Made by a program: the position numbers and the translations under genes. The notes under the pieces were generated by a model. That model worked only from the letters and a program-made list of their open reading frames with translations, had not been told where the DNA came from and made no database searches. A stretch of DNA of 37,918 bases from Octopus bimaculoides (Eukaryota): assembly GCF_001194135.2 (NCBI RefSeq), contig NC_068981.1, positions 122,794,231 to 122,832,148 of the forward strand, written 5' to 3'. How positions within the stretch are numbered: position 1 is the stretch's first letter; every line of letters starts with the position of its first letter. Below are positions 12,029 to 23,681 of the stretch, one piece after another.

Positions 12029-12146
12029 CCCTTTGAGCGCGTCACACCAGTTTACCGGTGGATGGCTTATTTTTCTCTCTACTGTAGCACTCGTGGAGCG
12101 CCAGGTATATGATAAAATGACGCTCAGGAGGTCAGCGCTCAAGCGG
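12029..12146. mobile_element. piggyBac-like MITE (118 bp)
   Basis: TTGA|CCCTTTGAGCGC ... GCGCTCAAGCGG|TTAA: 13/16 inverted match including a TTAA-like TSD and CCC..GG ends. Confidence 0.55.
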
Positions 12147-12150
12147 TTAA

Positions 12151-12385
12151 GGTGGTGAGCTGGAATAATACTTAGCATTTCGAGTAAAATGTTTCACAGC
12201 ATTTCTCCGATTTACACGTTTTGAGTTCAATGTCCGCCGGGGCCGACTTTACGTTTCATTCTTTCGGGGTCGATAAAATAAGTGTCATCCAGTACAAGGG
12301 TCGATATAATTAACTCATCCCTTACCCGCAAAATTGCTGCTCATGTGTGGCAAAATTTGAATCCATTATTATTATTATTATTATT
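12151..12385 (+). mobile_element. tRNA-type SINE (GGYGGTGAGCTGG.. family) with (ATT)n tail
   Basis: Homologous to copies at 23682 and 27283: GAGCTGG head, GAGTTCAA B-box, GTCGACTTT..TTCATCCTTTCGGGGTCGATAAA core, AAATTGCT..TGTG..AAAATTTGAA end. Confidence 0.8.
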
Positions 12386-12388
12386 GTT

Positions 12389-12820
12389 CAGTAGTTTTAT
12401 TTTTATAACGTGCTTTCACTTCACTACCGAGCGCAGCTCTGTGCGCCTTCGGTATGTGCTGTGGTTTGCTGTGGTGCTCTTATGGTTACTGTATTGAAAG
12501 TGTTTTGCGTAGGATGTGTGCTGTGCCCAGTAGTGCAATTTTCTGTATGTTATATATATTTGTAAGTCCTGGTGTTTTTTGTTATGTATTTGTCTGAATA
12601 TTTTTTTTATTATACCTAAGGCACCTACTATAATAGGAATTGTTTCTGTTTTTAGATTCCACATTCGAGTTACCTCTATTTCCAGGTCTTTGTATTTTGA
12701 AAGTTTTTCCATTTCTTTTAGAGAAACGTTGTCATCTGCTGGTATTGATACGTCAATTAGAAAGCATTTTTTTCTTCATGATCTTTGACAACTATATCTG
12801 GTTTATTTGCCTTAATTTCT
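12389..12820 (-). mobile_element. R4/Dong-type LINE copy H (F/G subfamily, 5'-truncated)
   Basis: ANKPDIVVKD..LSKYKDLEIEVTRMWNLKTETIPIIVGALGIIK; same 3' end (..AAAACTACTGA) as F and G; (TTA)n on both sides. Confidence 0.9.
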
Positions 12821-14204
12821 TCTTCTTATTATTATTATGATTATTATTATTATAATTATTATTATTATTATTATTATTATTATTGTTATTATTATTATTC
12901 AAAGTTTATAAGATAAATTAACAGGTCAATTGATAAGTATATGTATGCAATGCGTAAAAATGTTCAAATGAAATAAACATTTCGAAATGTTAGTAAACCT
13001 TGTAAAATAATATCCAAGCTCTATTTGCAGATACTTGTAATGCTATTTTCTGGAACCTGCGTGTCACAATCATTATCGTTAATCTGCCATTGTCTTTCCC
13101 TACAGACATTGCGTATCATTTCAATTGCAACAATCACAACTAACACTGTAGGCCATTCCCTTATCCCTATAATCTCTCTAATCAATATCTCGGTTCTTGC
13201 AAAGTTTATATTTCAGTTTATATATGCTGACCTTTTATATTTCAGTTTATATATGCTGACCAGTTACACAATATTAATTACTAATGTAATTTCAGCCATG
13301 GAAAATTATGTCAGACTGTCTGAAAATATGCTAGAGTTCCGTAAAAATTTCATTTTTCATATCTACTCTCATTGTAAAAATATTCTTGAAAGAATTGAGA
13401 TTTTGCACCGAGTTATATCGATACCAATCAGAGTAGCTTTACTGTATTATTTTTCTAAAAATGTATTCTATTGGATCTAGTGCAGGAAATCCTGATAAAC
13501 GTCATCTCTATGTATAGTTTTCATTATTGAGAAAATGCAACATATGCAACAATAATTATCTATAATTTAAATATTGTGAGACGCTCGGCTAAGTAGAGGT
13601 ACCCTGAATAGGTAGGTATTCCATTGTTGCTTCCTTTAATCGTTAAAATAATTGCTTGCAAACTAATTCACCAATAGAGAAACATCGTTGTAGAACAGAT
13701 ACATGTTTCGTTGACTTGTATTGCTGCACTTACTTGTAATTCCTGTTGTAGAGTTACTACTGTACACAAGCACTCAATTCATGAAGCGATTCCTCTCTTA
13801 TCCGATTAACGCTAAGGACAGTGTTTATTGGGGTAAATATACGTTCAAATTTAGATGTGGTCGATTATAGTTAGTACGTTCAGTTAGGATATTGATTTTC
13901 TCGTTCGTGTTCTCTCGGAATTTGGTATCAATTGATTACTTCCATTGTGCATTTATTTCGTTATCTTTTCGGGAAATGTCTGTGTTTTCGGAAACTAAGT
14001 AATAGCTGCGACAAAAGACTATAGTTGTTGTGATCTCACTAGGCACATAAACAGCGACTTAACATATAAGTTGCTAAGTTTTAGCTTTCCTTCGGTGTGG
14101 CTTATTATGTAGCTATTATTAACAAGGTAATTCACAGACACAATGTAGTTGTGATAGTATGAACAATATTATGAATAATTACATAAGAAATCTCTTGGTT
14201 ATAA

Positions 14205-14299
14205 ATTACTCATGGATAATCCATTTAATTACATGTTATAACATATAATTAAATGGATTATCCATGAGTAATATGATTTCACTGAAATGAAATCATATT
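14205..14299. repeat. 68-bp near-perfect palindrome plus an overlapping 12-bp-stem hairpin
   Basis: ATTACTCATGGATAATCCATTTAATTA-C-ATGTTA|TAACAT-A-TAATTAAATGGATTATCCATGAGTAAT (14205-14272, one mismatch). AATATGATTTCA-ctgaaa-TGAAATCATATT (14270-14299). Confidence 0.92.
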
Positions 14300-15563
14300 G
14301 CTTTCCTCAGTACTAATCTAAATTTTTCGATAATAATCTACCTTCAGTAAGTCGTCTCAATAAAAGAATTGAAAGTAAATATTTCACATGCGTGCGACTG
14401 AAAATCAATTTTAATCTAAAGATTGGCTCCATTTGCTCACATTTTCAAGTATTATTTGATTAAGAGTGATTTCATCGATTATACACGCATACGAAGGCAT
14501 TACAATGTGCACATAGAGCATACACACCTGTCTATAACCACGCAGTCAGTCGTTCTTTTGTTCATTTTAGGACTTGATATCCGTATTATGAACCTGTATT
14601 ATAAATCTCGCAAGAAATAAAAAGTTTCAAACATGACGTGTATGTATATACAATCAAGAGAATAGTTACTACTTATATTGAATTCGACCATTACTGCTAG
14701 AACTAATACAAACATTATGACCAAAATATATATCACCTTAGGACTAATAGCTGCTAAATAATCCTTTAATAAGAAAAAGGTCAACTGTCTTTCAAAATAC
14801 GTTCTAACCATCCATATAGAAGTATCACATATGCAATCAATATAATTAGTACCATTGTTACGCAATATATTTCTGAGCAGAAAGAGAATAGTTAATTTCC
14901 CCGCTCTTTAGTAAATGGATGTATTGAGAAAAGCGATTTTGAAGCAAAATAAAAAGAAATCCAGTGAATAATAGAAAAATATAATCCAACTGGCTTACTT
15001 CTCTTACAAGCATGAATGAGACCCCTGCACGCAAACGGATATTTTCATTGTTGATCAAAGACAATTCTTCACTGCATACGGATAATTGTTTAATAAAAGC
15101 AAAATTAACCAAGATCTATCCTGTGTCAACATCCCGCTATATTAGTAATTCTGTACTAAGCTAATTGATTCTCATTTCCAAATCAATGAATTTAAGAGAG
15201 GTAATTAAACCTACTCTGCACCAAGACTAATGACTAAACAAGACACAAAATTTCCTCGACCAACAAGAGAAAACAAGTTCAAGTCCTGTTTCACAGAAAC
15301 TAACTTCTTATAAAAGACTTTCTATTATGTGTATGCACGTATTAATAAATAGCTAATTCACTCAAAGAAGTTTCTGTGAAAGAGTGGTTATGGGTGTGTA
15401 CGCTTGTAGATAGGCTGAAATTTTTTAATAAAAATTTCGTATAGTTATGTTGTGTCGACGCTCCCAGACGATGAAGTAGGCTAGCCCAATACGTAGATAT
15501 AGAGGGAGAAGTCTAGACGTCGGGAGAGTTGAGTAGAGGTCAACCGAACGTGCGATGTAACAG

Positions 15564-15593
15564 TGGCGACGAGGATGAGATTCGAACTCACGC
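15564..15593 (+). other. tRNA-Ser(GCT)-complementary primer-binding-site-like sequence (30 nt, includes the CCA complement)
   Basis: The reverse complement GCGTGAGTTCGAATCTCATCCTCGTCGCCA matches the 3' end of eukaryotic tRNA-Ser(GCT) (GCGTGGGTTCGAATCCCATCCTCGTCG+CCA) with a compensatory A:U pair in the T-stem. It follows ..TAACA-G, as a PBS follows an LTR. Confidence 0.8.
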
Positions 15594-15603
15594 TGGAACA
15601 TCT

Positions 15604-15730
15604 CCACTGTTATATCGCAATACTATAGAGTGGCTGTGTGAGCTACGAAATACTCGTCACCACTGTTATATCGTAATACTACACAGTGGCTGTGTGAGCT
15701 ACGAAATACTCGTCGCCACTGTTATATCGC
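15604..15730 (+). repeat. 56-bp tandem repeat (2.3 units) in the foldback spacer
   Basis: CCACTGTTATATCG starts at 15604, 15660 and 15716. Each unit holds a CCACTGT..ACAGTGG-type hairpin and, on the minus strand, an LTR-end/PBS junction (GATATAACAG-TGG(C/T)GACGAG). Confidence 0.9.
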
Positions 15731-16128
15731 ACGTTCGGATGACCTCTACTTAACTCCTTTCTTTATTTGGCACTACGGCCACAACACAGAGGGGGACACT
15801 ACAAGGACAGACACAACACCACAATGGGGACAAAAAAAAATAAAACGATAATGAGATGTTATATAAAAATGAAGAAATGAAATGGCTGCATGGGCCCCAT
15901 TCCCATGCAGTACCATTTGAACATTTATATATACTATTTCTATTTAGCATCGTTCACTTTTTCTATTGTTTGTTTCTTAATTATCTTTTTTTCCCTCTTT
16001 TTTTTTCCAGAAAATGCTTTTGCTTTTCTTGGGCTCTTTTGTTCATTTTTTTCCTTTGTTTTTTCCTTTTGCTTTTTCTTTTTTCCCCAACAAAACAATT
16101 TTACTCTTTTTTCTTTTTTTTTTCCTTT

Positions 16129-17547
16129 TTAATACCTCATGAAAGGTTCCAAGTCTTTTACCTCGACTTCTGGTGGACGTTTGTCGAACTCCACCAACAC
16201 TCCTGACGGGTCAATCTTGTCTCCGTACATGTCTCTCAGTCTCTTGTCTGTGTCCTTATCGACAACAATGGCCTTCTCATTCTTGGAGTACACATCCGTG
16301 GGTAACTTCACTCTTATAATAAGTTTGATATTTACAAATTTTCTCTCCGTCTCCTTGTTTTTTGCATGTGTCACAAAATTCCATTTGTTTTTTCCTCTTC
16401 TTGGTTTTTTCTTTTCTTCTTCCACTACTGGTGTCTTTTCCTTTTCAACTCTGAACAATCTCTCCATTTCACCCTCGCACAGTTGCACTCCCGAATCTTT
16501 TACCTTCGCTGGGACAACCGGCGTCTTTAGCACTGTTTCCTCCTTCTGTAACTCCTTCTCGAACACCTTTTCAATTACTTTCTCGCTTTCTTTTTCCACC
16601 ACCCCTTCGTCTGCCTTTCTTCTAGTCACAGCTTTCCTTTCCACCTCTTCTTTCTCCTGTTTCTGGTTTTCTGGTGGCGGGCTCGTTCTTCCACTTCTTT
16701 TTCTTTCCGCCACTGTGTATCCCACCTTCGTTGTATTTTCTTCTATCTCCACCTGTACTACCTGGTTCATGTTCTCCTGCTTCTCCGTCTGTTCTCTCTA
16801 TAGGCACCTCACCTTCATGTGGCCTTTCTCCCCATATGCAAAACATATAGGCGGCCTGCCCTCCACTTCCAATCTCAATCTCAAGTCGTCGAGCAGCACT
16901 ATATACTCAATGATTCTATTTAAATCTTCTACTGTTGCTTGGATAATGAGCTCAATCCCATATCCCCAGTAATCTATACTTTGTGTCCATATGGCCTTCA
17001 GTATCTTGGCCTCCTCCTTCATGCTGAACATTATTGCTGTCAGCAGCCATGATTCTTTTAGTTCTGGAGGCACTTTGCCTACTCGCACTCTGGCCACACG
17101 TTTGCCACAGTTCGAAGGCAAAAACACTCCCCTCTTCCGACCTTATTGCCTCTGTGGAGTGCTTAATTGCTTCTTCCTCTATTGCAAAACGTACCTCCAC
17201 GGTAGCATACTTTATTCCTTTTGTTATAAATTTGTTTCCTTATACTTTTCAAACATTTGTTTCCTTATACTTTTCAAACATTCCTCAATCTCCTCCACTG
17301 TCGCGAGCTCTATCTTTCTTTCTGCGATGTTCATTGTTTTGAATACCACAGTTCTTTTTATTACACAGCTTGTCAGTTCTGCAGGCAGCGTCAACTTCAA
17401 CGTCTCTCCGACTTTCTCCAGCAACTTCTCATATTTTTTCATTTTCTTCGGCTCCATCTTAATTTCAATTGTTACCAATTTTCCCTCCTCTGTTCCTCTT
17501 CCAGTTGCGGCCGCATAACTGTGGCCATCCACCGGCGTTTTCTCCAT
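16129..17547 (-). pseudogene. Disrupted LINE ORF1-like (L1/Tx1-type, zinc-knuckle) protein of roughly 470 aa; no ORF2 present
   Basis: MEKTPVDGHSYAAAT..; RVRVGKVPPE..W; LEVEGRPPICFAYGEKGHMKVRC (CCHC with the second Cys changed to Tyr); long K/E-rich tail ending at the stop at 16129. Disrupted by a 25-bp tandem duplication (17231-17280), a +1 shift in a G-run near 17130 and an in-frame TAG at 16798-16800. Confidence 0.8.
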
Positions 17548-19064
17548 TTTTCCCCCAATGGGAAGAGAAAAAAAAAACAATTCACGAACAATATCAACAA
17601 TCAAACAGCAATAATTAACAACCAATTTTTCAACAAACAAATATTCAACGTTCCGACTTACTTCAAAATACTCCGCTTTCGACAACTCAACTCTGAAGAA
17701 CTCTTCTCAACTCTCCTGATGTCTAGACTTCTCCCTCTATATCTACGTATTGGGCTAGCCTACTTCATCATCTGGGGGCGTCGACACAAATTATAATTTA
17801 ATTTCACATCTAGATACAAACGTTATGATCTCTGAAGAAAACGGAATTAGATATAGTAGCATTCATACATTCTACTGAAATTAATGGCAAAGGTGTAGAG
17901 AAATGACTTCAGACAATCATTTAAATTTGGTTGGTATTTCTAGCAGCCAGAAGATTAATATTTTCATAATTCAAAAGACAATAGCGCTGTATTGCCTATA
18001 CAGTAAAATGTTAGTTTGCGCCAAACCTATGCGGTTCCAGGTTTCTCCACATCGCGTCGGGGATTGGTTAATTAATGCTGGTCGTAAACTGGGTTCGACA
18101 CATGACCTGTGATATGCAAGAATATAAAGTATGTGAAATGGTGCCATCTTTTTTTTGTGTGTGTGTGTTTGGTTTAATCCATCATATATTCGGTGCATTT
18201 AGTAGATTTCACGACGTCTACCGTCTGAGACGACTTGGTAACTCTGGATTTCTTCTTCATAGAAAGCCTATAAGTCGTTGTTTCTTAGCCTTTTCTCCCA
18301 CAAGACGGTGATTAAAAATTAAACACACTTTCGTTCTTCCTTTTAGCAACCGATATGCAAAATAAGAAGAATGAACTACTATATTTGTGACGTTTTCAAA
18401 TTTATGAGTCACACATAATGCATTGGTTTGACAGAGTATATTATTGGTAGTCTATCGAATCGGGATGAAGACTAAAAACTTCCAACACATTGGATTATGT
18501 AACTACAAGACTACAGGCCTCACATTTTATATTTCTACAACGATGAAACCATTTCACAAATAACAATCGATAATTACTATGCGCAAATACTGTTAATTAT
18601 GCCCATTCATAACTTTATATACATTATTTCTTCCTATATACTATATGTATTAGGATATTTTGTTAATAAACAGAACAATCTGATCATGAACATAAATTTC
18701 TCACTCATAACTAAGGCAATCATTTTCCTGTGATTAGAAGTTTCAGTATGACGTCTTAAAGTTAGAATGGACACGTGTATCCGTTAAATGAAAATTAATT
18801 TGACCTGCAGCACAGGAGGATAGTTATAATAACAGAGAAATAAAAGCGCAACGTATCTTTAGCTGCAAGTAGAAATAATTAATCTTTTGAATCAAATTTA
18901 ATTATGCTAATAACAAAATAAAAGATTTGTTTACCATTTTTTATATATTTTAGTGAACGTGCAATTTCAGCTTCCTAGAGGTAATTTTTCAATCAGTTAA
19001 ATTGTAAACTAACTGTGTGTATGTGTGTGAGAGAGTGAGAGAAAAAGAGAAATAATATATATAA

Positions 19065-19225
<161 letters not shown>

Positions 19226-20199
19226 ACAGGGAATTTTGTAATATTGGTATTACAGAAAAGACAGAAAAGATATCTGCTTGAGGATACAATTTTTCTTCAG
19301 TAACATCACATTTTTTAACTCATAAATTGTGTTGAGTTGAAATTTATAAAGATTTTGTTGTTTTCATAACTAAAATACCGCTAGGAATCTTTAGGCATCC
19401 CGCAATTGATTTTGTTGGCTCATTGTTTACCTCAGTTAAATTAATATAGAGAAATATAAGAAGGCGGATATATATGCACATATTCACATACAAGCATACA
19501 CTTACAAATAAATACAATAATATACGTGCAGTCTCATAAGAACAGTTATCGATTAAGATTTTTACAAACTACAAATGCTAGTCTCCTCTGTACTTCAACC
19601 ACTTTCAGAATGATATGTGTCATCATTCTATATCTATAAACAAGTACTACAATAACATAGTTTTTGCCCCGATGAACTACCAAAATATATACACTTAATT
19701 TATTTGTAGCTATTCATCTTATTTTTTCTAAACAGTTTCTTATTACGAAAGACATCAAATCTTCCTCCACATTTCCCACACAATAGCCATTCCTCAAGTG
19801 CTCTGCTTGTTATTTCCAGATATGGCTCTGACGAAAGTAGCATTAAATTTCTTAGGTCGTTCAATTTACCTCAATTGATCAAGAGACTAATTGATTAGAC
19901 TTATCAATAATGTAATTCTAATAACTACTGGAAACAGCTGTAAGCCAAATTTGCTCCAATAAAGGAATTATATGTAATGACCACTAGTTTAAACTTGTTT
20001 CTTATATATCAATCAGTAAAAACCAGTTTATCTGGAGCTCAGCCACGGAATTACAATATAGAATTGTGATGAATCATAACTTGGAAACCGACCAAAAGAT
20101 TATCTAACTAATATTGATATTCTGGTGTGCCAACAGAGACCATATGAAGGATTTTTCCCGGAATGATAATCCCTCACTATTTGTTGTTGTTGTTATGCG

Positions 20200-20256
20200 T
20201 GAGTGTGTGTGTGTGTGCGCGTGTGTGTGTGCGTGTGTGTGTGTGTTTGTGTATCT

Positions 20257-20313
<57 letters not shown>

Positions 20314-20320
20314 TTTGTTT
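20200..20320 (+). repeat. (TG)n microsatellite
   Basis: Read directly from the sequence. Confidence 0.95.
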
Positions 20321-21559
20321 ACAATTACACTATAGACTGGCAACATAATCGTGCAATGTTTGTTCTCCAAAGAATACTAGAATCACATCAAAATTGTATC
20401 ATGGCAATGTAGTGGATTATTTTATACCTGAAACTACACGTATTGGCAAAACAAATAGCTCCCGATTTTATAAGGGCTACAAAATACAATCTTTTGCAAA
20501 CGATGTCGAGAACATAAATGTTGACACGAAACTTTTATACTGTAATAAACATTGCAATTAGACCGTCAGAAATATTAATCAGCAAACTATAGTAAATAGA
20601 TGACAAGGTGATATTTATTCAGATACATCGATACTTGTCAAACAGTATGCCAATAGTATAATAGTAAATAGATGCATAGAACTTTTCAGGAAAAATCCTA
20701 GAGAAAAATATTAAACCAATTAATTATTCTTCTGTTACTAGACGTATTAAAAGAAAGGAGTACATAATCTTTAAAAGAACCTCATATTGAATAAATAAAC
20801 AGAAAAATATAAATAGTTCTGGGAAAATGATGTACATATCAATTTTATTGTTTCCCAGTAAAGATTTACCGATATATATGGATTATTGGATGTAATATTA
20901 AAAAAGGAATCACAATGTAAACCTATTTCCTCTATATTTTATAAGTTTATGGATCAGTAAACAGGGTGTAAATGCATTTCTTCCTCAGATCACTACATCA
21001 GTTAACATGCATAAGTGTAACTACAGCTTTTGGTATAAATCTAAATGTGCAGCATCGAAGTATCATCTTCAACGTGTACTGATATCATAATACTTAAAAT
21101 ATTAATATACTATTTCATTGTATTTTTTGTTTATGCTGCTTATTCACCTGTAACAATATATATATACATCTTAAATATACAATAGCATTATTCTACACAA
21201 TAAATGTTTATTATGTGCAATATAAACAGTTCATGAATATAAATGATACACGTACATATACTATTAGGTGTGTCGTCTGATAAATTTTTATATTACGTTA
21301 TATAAACATAGTTGTTATATTCTAAGTAGCTTACCAGAAATACGCATTCCCTATCTATACAAGATAAACTTGATTAAAAGCTTATTTGAATATTTTGATT
21401 AATGTTGAACATACAAATTAATAAATTTGAAATTTAAATATTATGAAATCTAGATTAAATATAAATGTGGATATTTAAATTAATGTCGATACAGAAAATG
21501 ACCTAATGTGAAAGGTTATATTCTATGAATGTTCAAAAGAAATACTGGGCAAAACCTCC

Positions 21560-22225
21560 AGATGTAAGTGGAGCAGCACATGTTCTGATGATCTTTCGTC
21601 TCCCTAAAACGCAAACTTTCTGTAGAAGCTCCACAGGACATTCTATCCCAATCTCCTTCAATCATTTGTTTTTCATCCTCCTTCTTTAAAATCCTAGAAT
21701 CAAACGAACATGATGGAGCAATTAGTAAAAAACTTCGCATTTCCTTATCTGCGTTTGTTATGTCTGGTCTATTATTTCTAACTTCTTATAGGAAAACCCC
21801 ATATAATTTTGCATTTCCCTGAATCCAGCACTCTTTCGACTGACGATCATACCATGTACCTCCAGCTTTAAATCCCCATTTCTGACAAAGCTTCCAGTGT
21901 AGAAATTTCACAACTTGGTCATGACTCAATTTCTTACATTCTCCCTGGACCAAACTGGGACATCCTTCAACAATGTGTGTCACTGTCTCATTCCAAATTC
22001 TACAGTCTCTACATTTTTCTGATACCTCTTCATACATACACTTTCTAAAGTAATTTGTTTTTATCGATTGAGCTTGATCTGCTATAACTGGGCTTTTTGC
22101 TTCATTTTTAATTGCCGTTTTTTTAAACCAAGCCCAGGATTTTGTTCCACATACATCTGCAGTGGCTTTCCAAAACTGACAATGCAGTTTAGTTGAAAAT
22201 GGGAATACGTATCTGGACATGATGA
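21560..22225 (-). mobile_element. R4/Dong-type LINE copy I (old; resembles copy D)
   Basis: KLHCQF..AQSIKTNY..CRDC...ETVTHIVEGC..SHDQVVKFLHWKLCQKWG..NNRPDI; the 3' segment GAGCTTCTACAGAAAGTTTGC is shared with copy D (about 5560-5580). Confidence 0.8.
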
Positions 22226-22953
22226 CTATTTTGTTAATAAGAAATAATCACGAAAACTACGATTCTAGAAATAAATTCCAATGGTGATTCTGATAACATA
22301 GATATATGGAAATGAATAAGCAAATTAAATGTAAACTTTTAGAAAGGAAGCGGCTTCGCAAAATATGCATTTTTATGCTTGTCTATCGTCTTTGAGTTAC
22401 AGCTTTTTTTTTCAAAATAACCGTAAAATTTCCAACATCAGAATTAGATAGGCTACTCTTACCATTGTTTTATTTCCATTTTACAACTGAAGATATGTGA
22501 GGAATGGCATAAATTTTCGTTGGAAATCAGAGTTAAATTTACTCTTAAATATCATTTTTCTGTTCAAGATAGTATAGGTAATACTTGGTAGCATGTCTTT
22601 ATCCATTGAACCCTAAAAGTATTTGGCGGGCGATGAGCGCTTCTTCGGACGAACGTGTTGAAAACTGATCTAAGTTTGTGCAAGCGGCTTTGAGTGAATG
22701 AACTGAGTCATATGCTGCGCTATTTCTTATATTGACTACCTGGACAAACTTAACCAGATATATTTCCAGTATTCTTACAATTCAGCTGGAATGAAAACCT
22801 ATAACAGAATAACATCTGACGTAATATTTGATGTACAGGCAGCAGTGTAACAAGAGTAGAGATTAAATATATATTTGTGATGACGATCACTGGAAACTCT
22901 TAACGAATTTGTGTACTATTGTACGTGTATGTTTATTTGTGTGTGACTGTATT

Positions 22954-22954
<1 letters not shown>

Positions 22955-22992
<38 letters not shown>

Positions 22993-23105
22993 CTGTATAT
23001 GTATATATATATATATATATATATAATATACATACGTACACAGATATATATATATATATAAATACACACACACATACACACATACACACACACATAAACA
23101 TACAT
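22955..23105 (+). repeat. (TG)/(TA)/(CA) compound microsatellite
   Basis: Read directly from the sequence. Confidence 0.93.
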
Positions 23106-23681
23106 GCATCCTGGTTCAATATTGTCAAGTTATATGACTGTAGTACACAAATTCATACAACAGTTGCATTACGTTTCCTGCACAACAAATATTTAGATGC
23201 CATTCTATTCTGGTTTGCATTCCCGTCGGAAAAATAGGCAGTTAAATACTCCTGCATATAAATAAATGGTTTTTTGTTAGTTTTTCAAAATCCTCGCTTG
23301 AAAACTATTACTTGAAAAAAGACGATATGTCGACGAAAATTTTCTAAAATACACAGTGAAGTGAATTATTGGCAAGTAATCGAATTACGTAATACAAGCT
23401 AAAAGGAAAATATTTATGCTATCACTCTTTATCAACATGTTTTATTTAAATGAACAATTTACATCATATAAAATCCTTCGTTATGGTGAATATATTCAGA
23501 TGTATGTCTGTAATATCTATGTTCTAAGTCAAAACACACTGGTTTCTAAACACTAGTAAGGTAACTAACAAACATACATAACAAACATACATATAAACTA
23601 TACGACAATTTATAATGAAAATATTTTAACAGTACGAAACTATATAACCTTACTTTTATATTTAATATTTCCTGTAAATAA

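Larger units (their letters stand above)
15450..17789. mobile_element. Composite foldback element: LTR/PBS-like inverted arms with a nested ORF1-only retroelement
   Basis: 15450-15538 vs reverse complement of 17701-17789: 89 bp, 5 mismatches. 15526-15573 vs reverse complement of 15709-15756: 48 bp, 3 mismatches. Together these rebuild two 124-bp arms, one of them split by a 1,944-bp insert. Confidence 0.88.

Noticed and set aside
13025-13480. 151-aa ORF in the intron
   Set aside because: AT-rich, non-ATG start, no domain similarity, includes a local tandem duplication.
15564-15660. Intact tRNA-Ser gene on the minus strand
   Set aside because: Only the last 30 nt match; no D-arm, A-box or anticodon arm, and CCA is encoded.
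15604-15730. CRISPR-like array
   Set aside because: Units are near-identical throughout with no unique spacers; eukaryotic context and no cas genes.
15450-17789. Interpretation as a DIRS/tyrosine-recombinase element or a DNA transposon with 89-bp TIRs
   Set aside because: No RT, YR or transposase. The inner repeat continues the arm rather than matching the termini as a DIRS ICR would, and a 13-bp duplication explains the split arm as a nested insertion. Not fully excluded without other copies.
16139-17796. Plus-strand Ser/Phe-rich ORFs of 277, 175 and 179 aa
   Set aside because: Antisense shadows of the K/E-rich minus-strand ORF1; no recognisable motifs.
19828-19860. CTGACGA hammerhead-like heptamer
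   Set aside because: No stem II, GAAA or stem I partner at suitable spacing.
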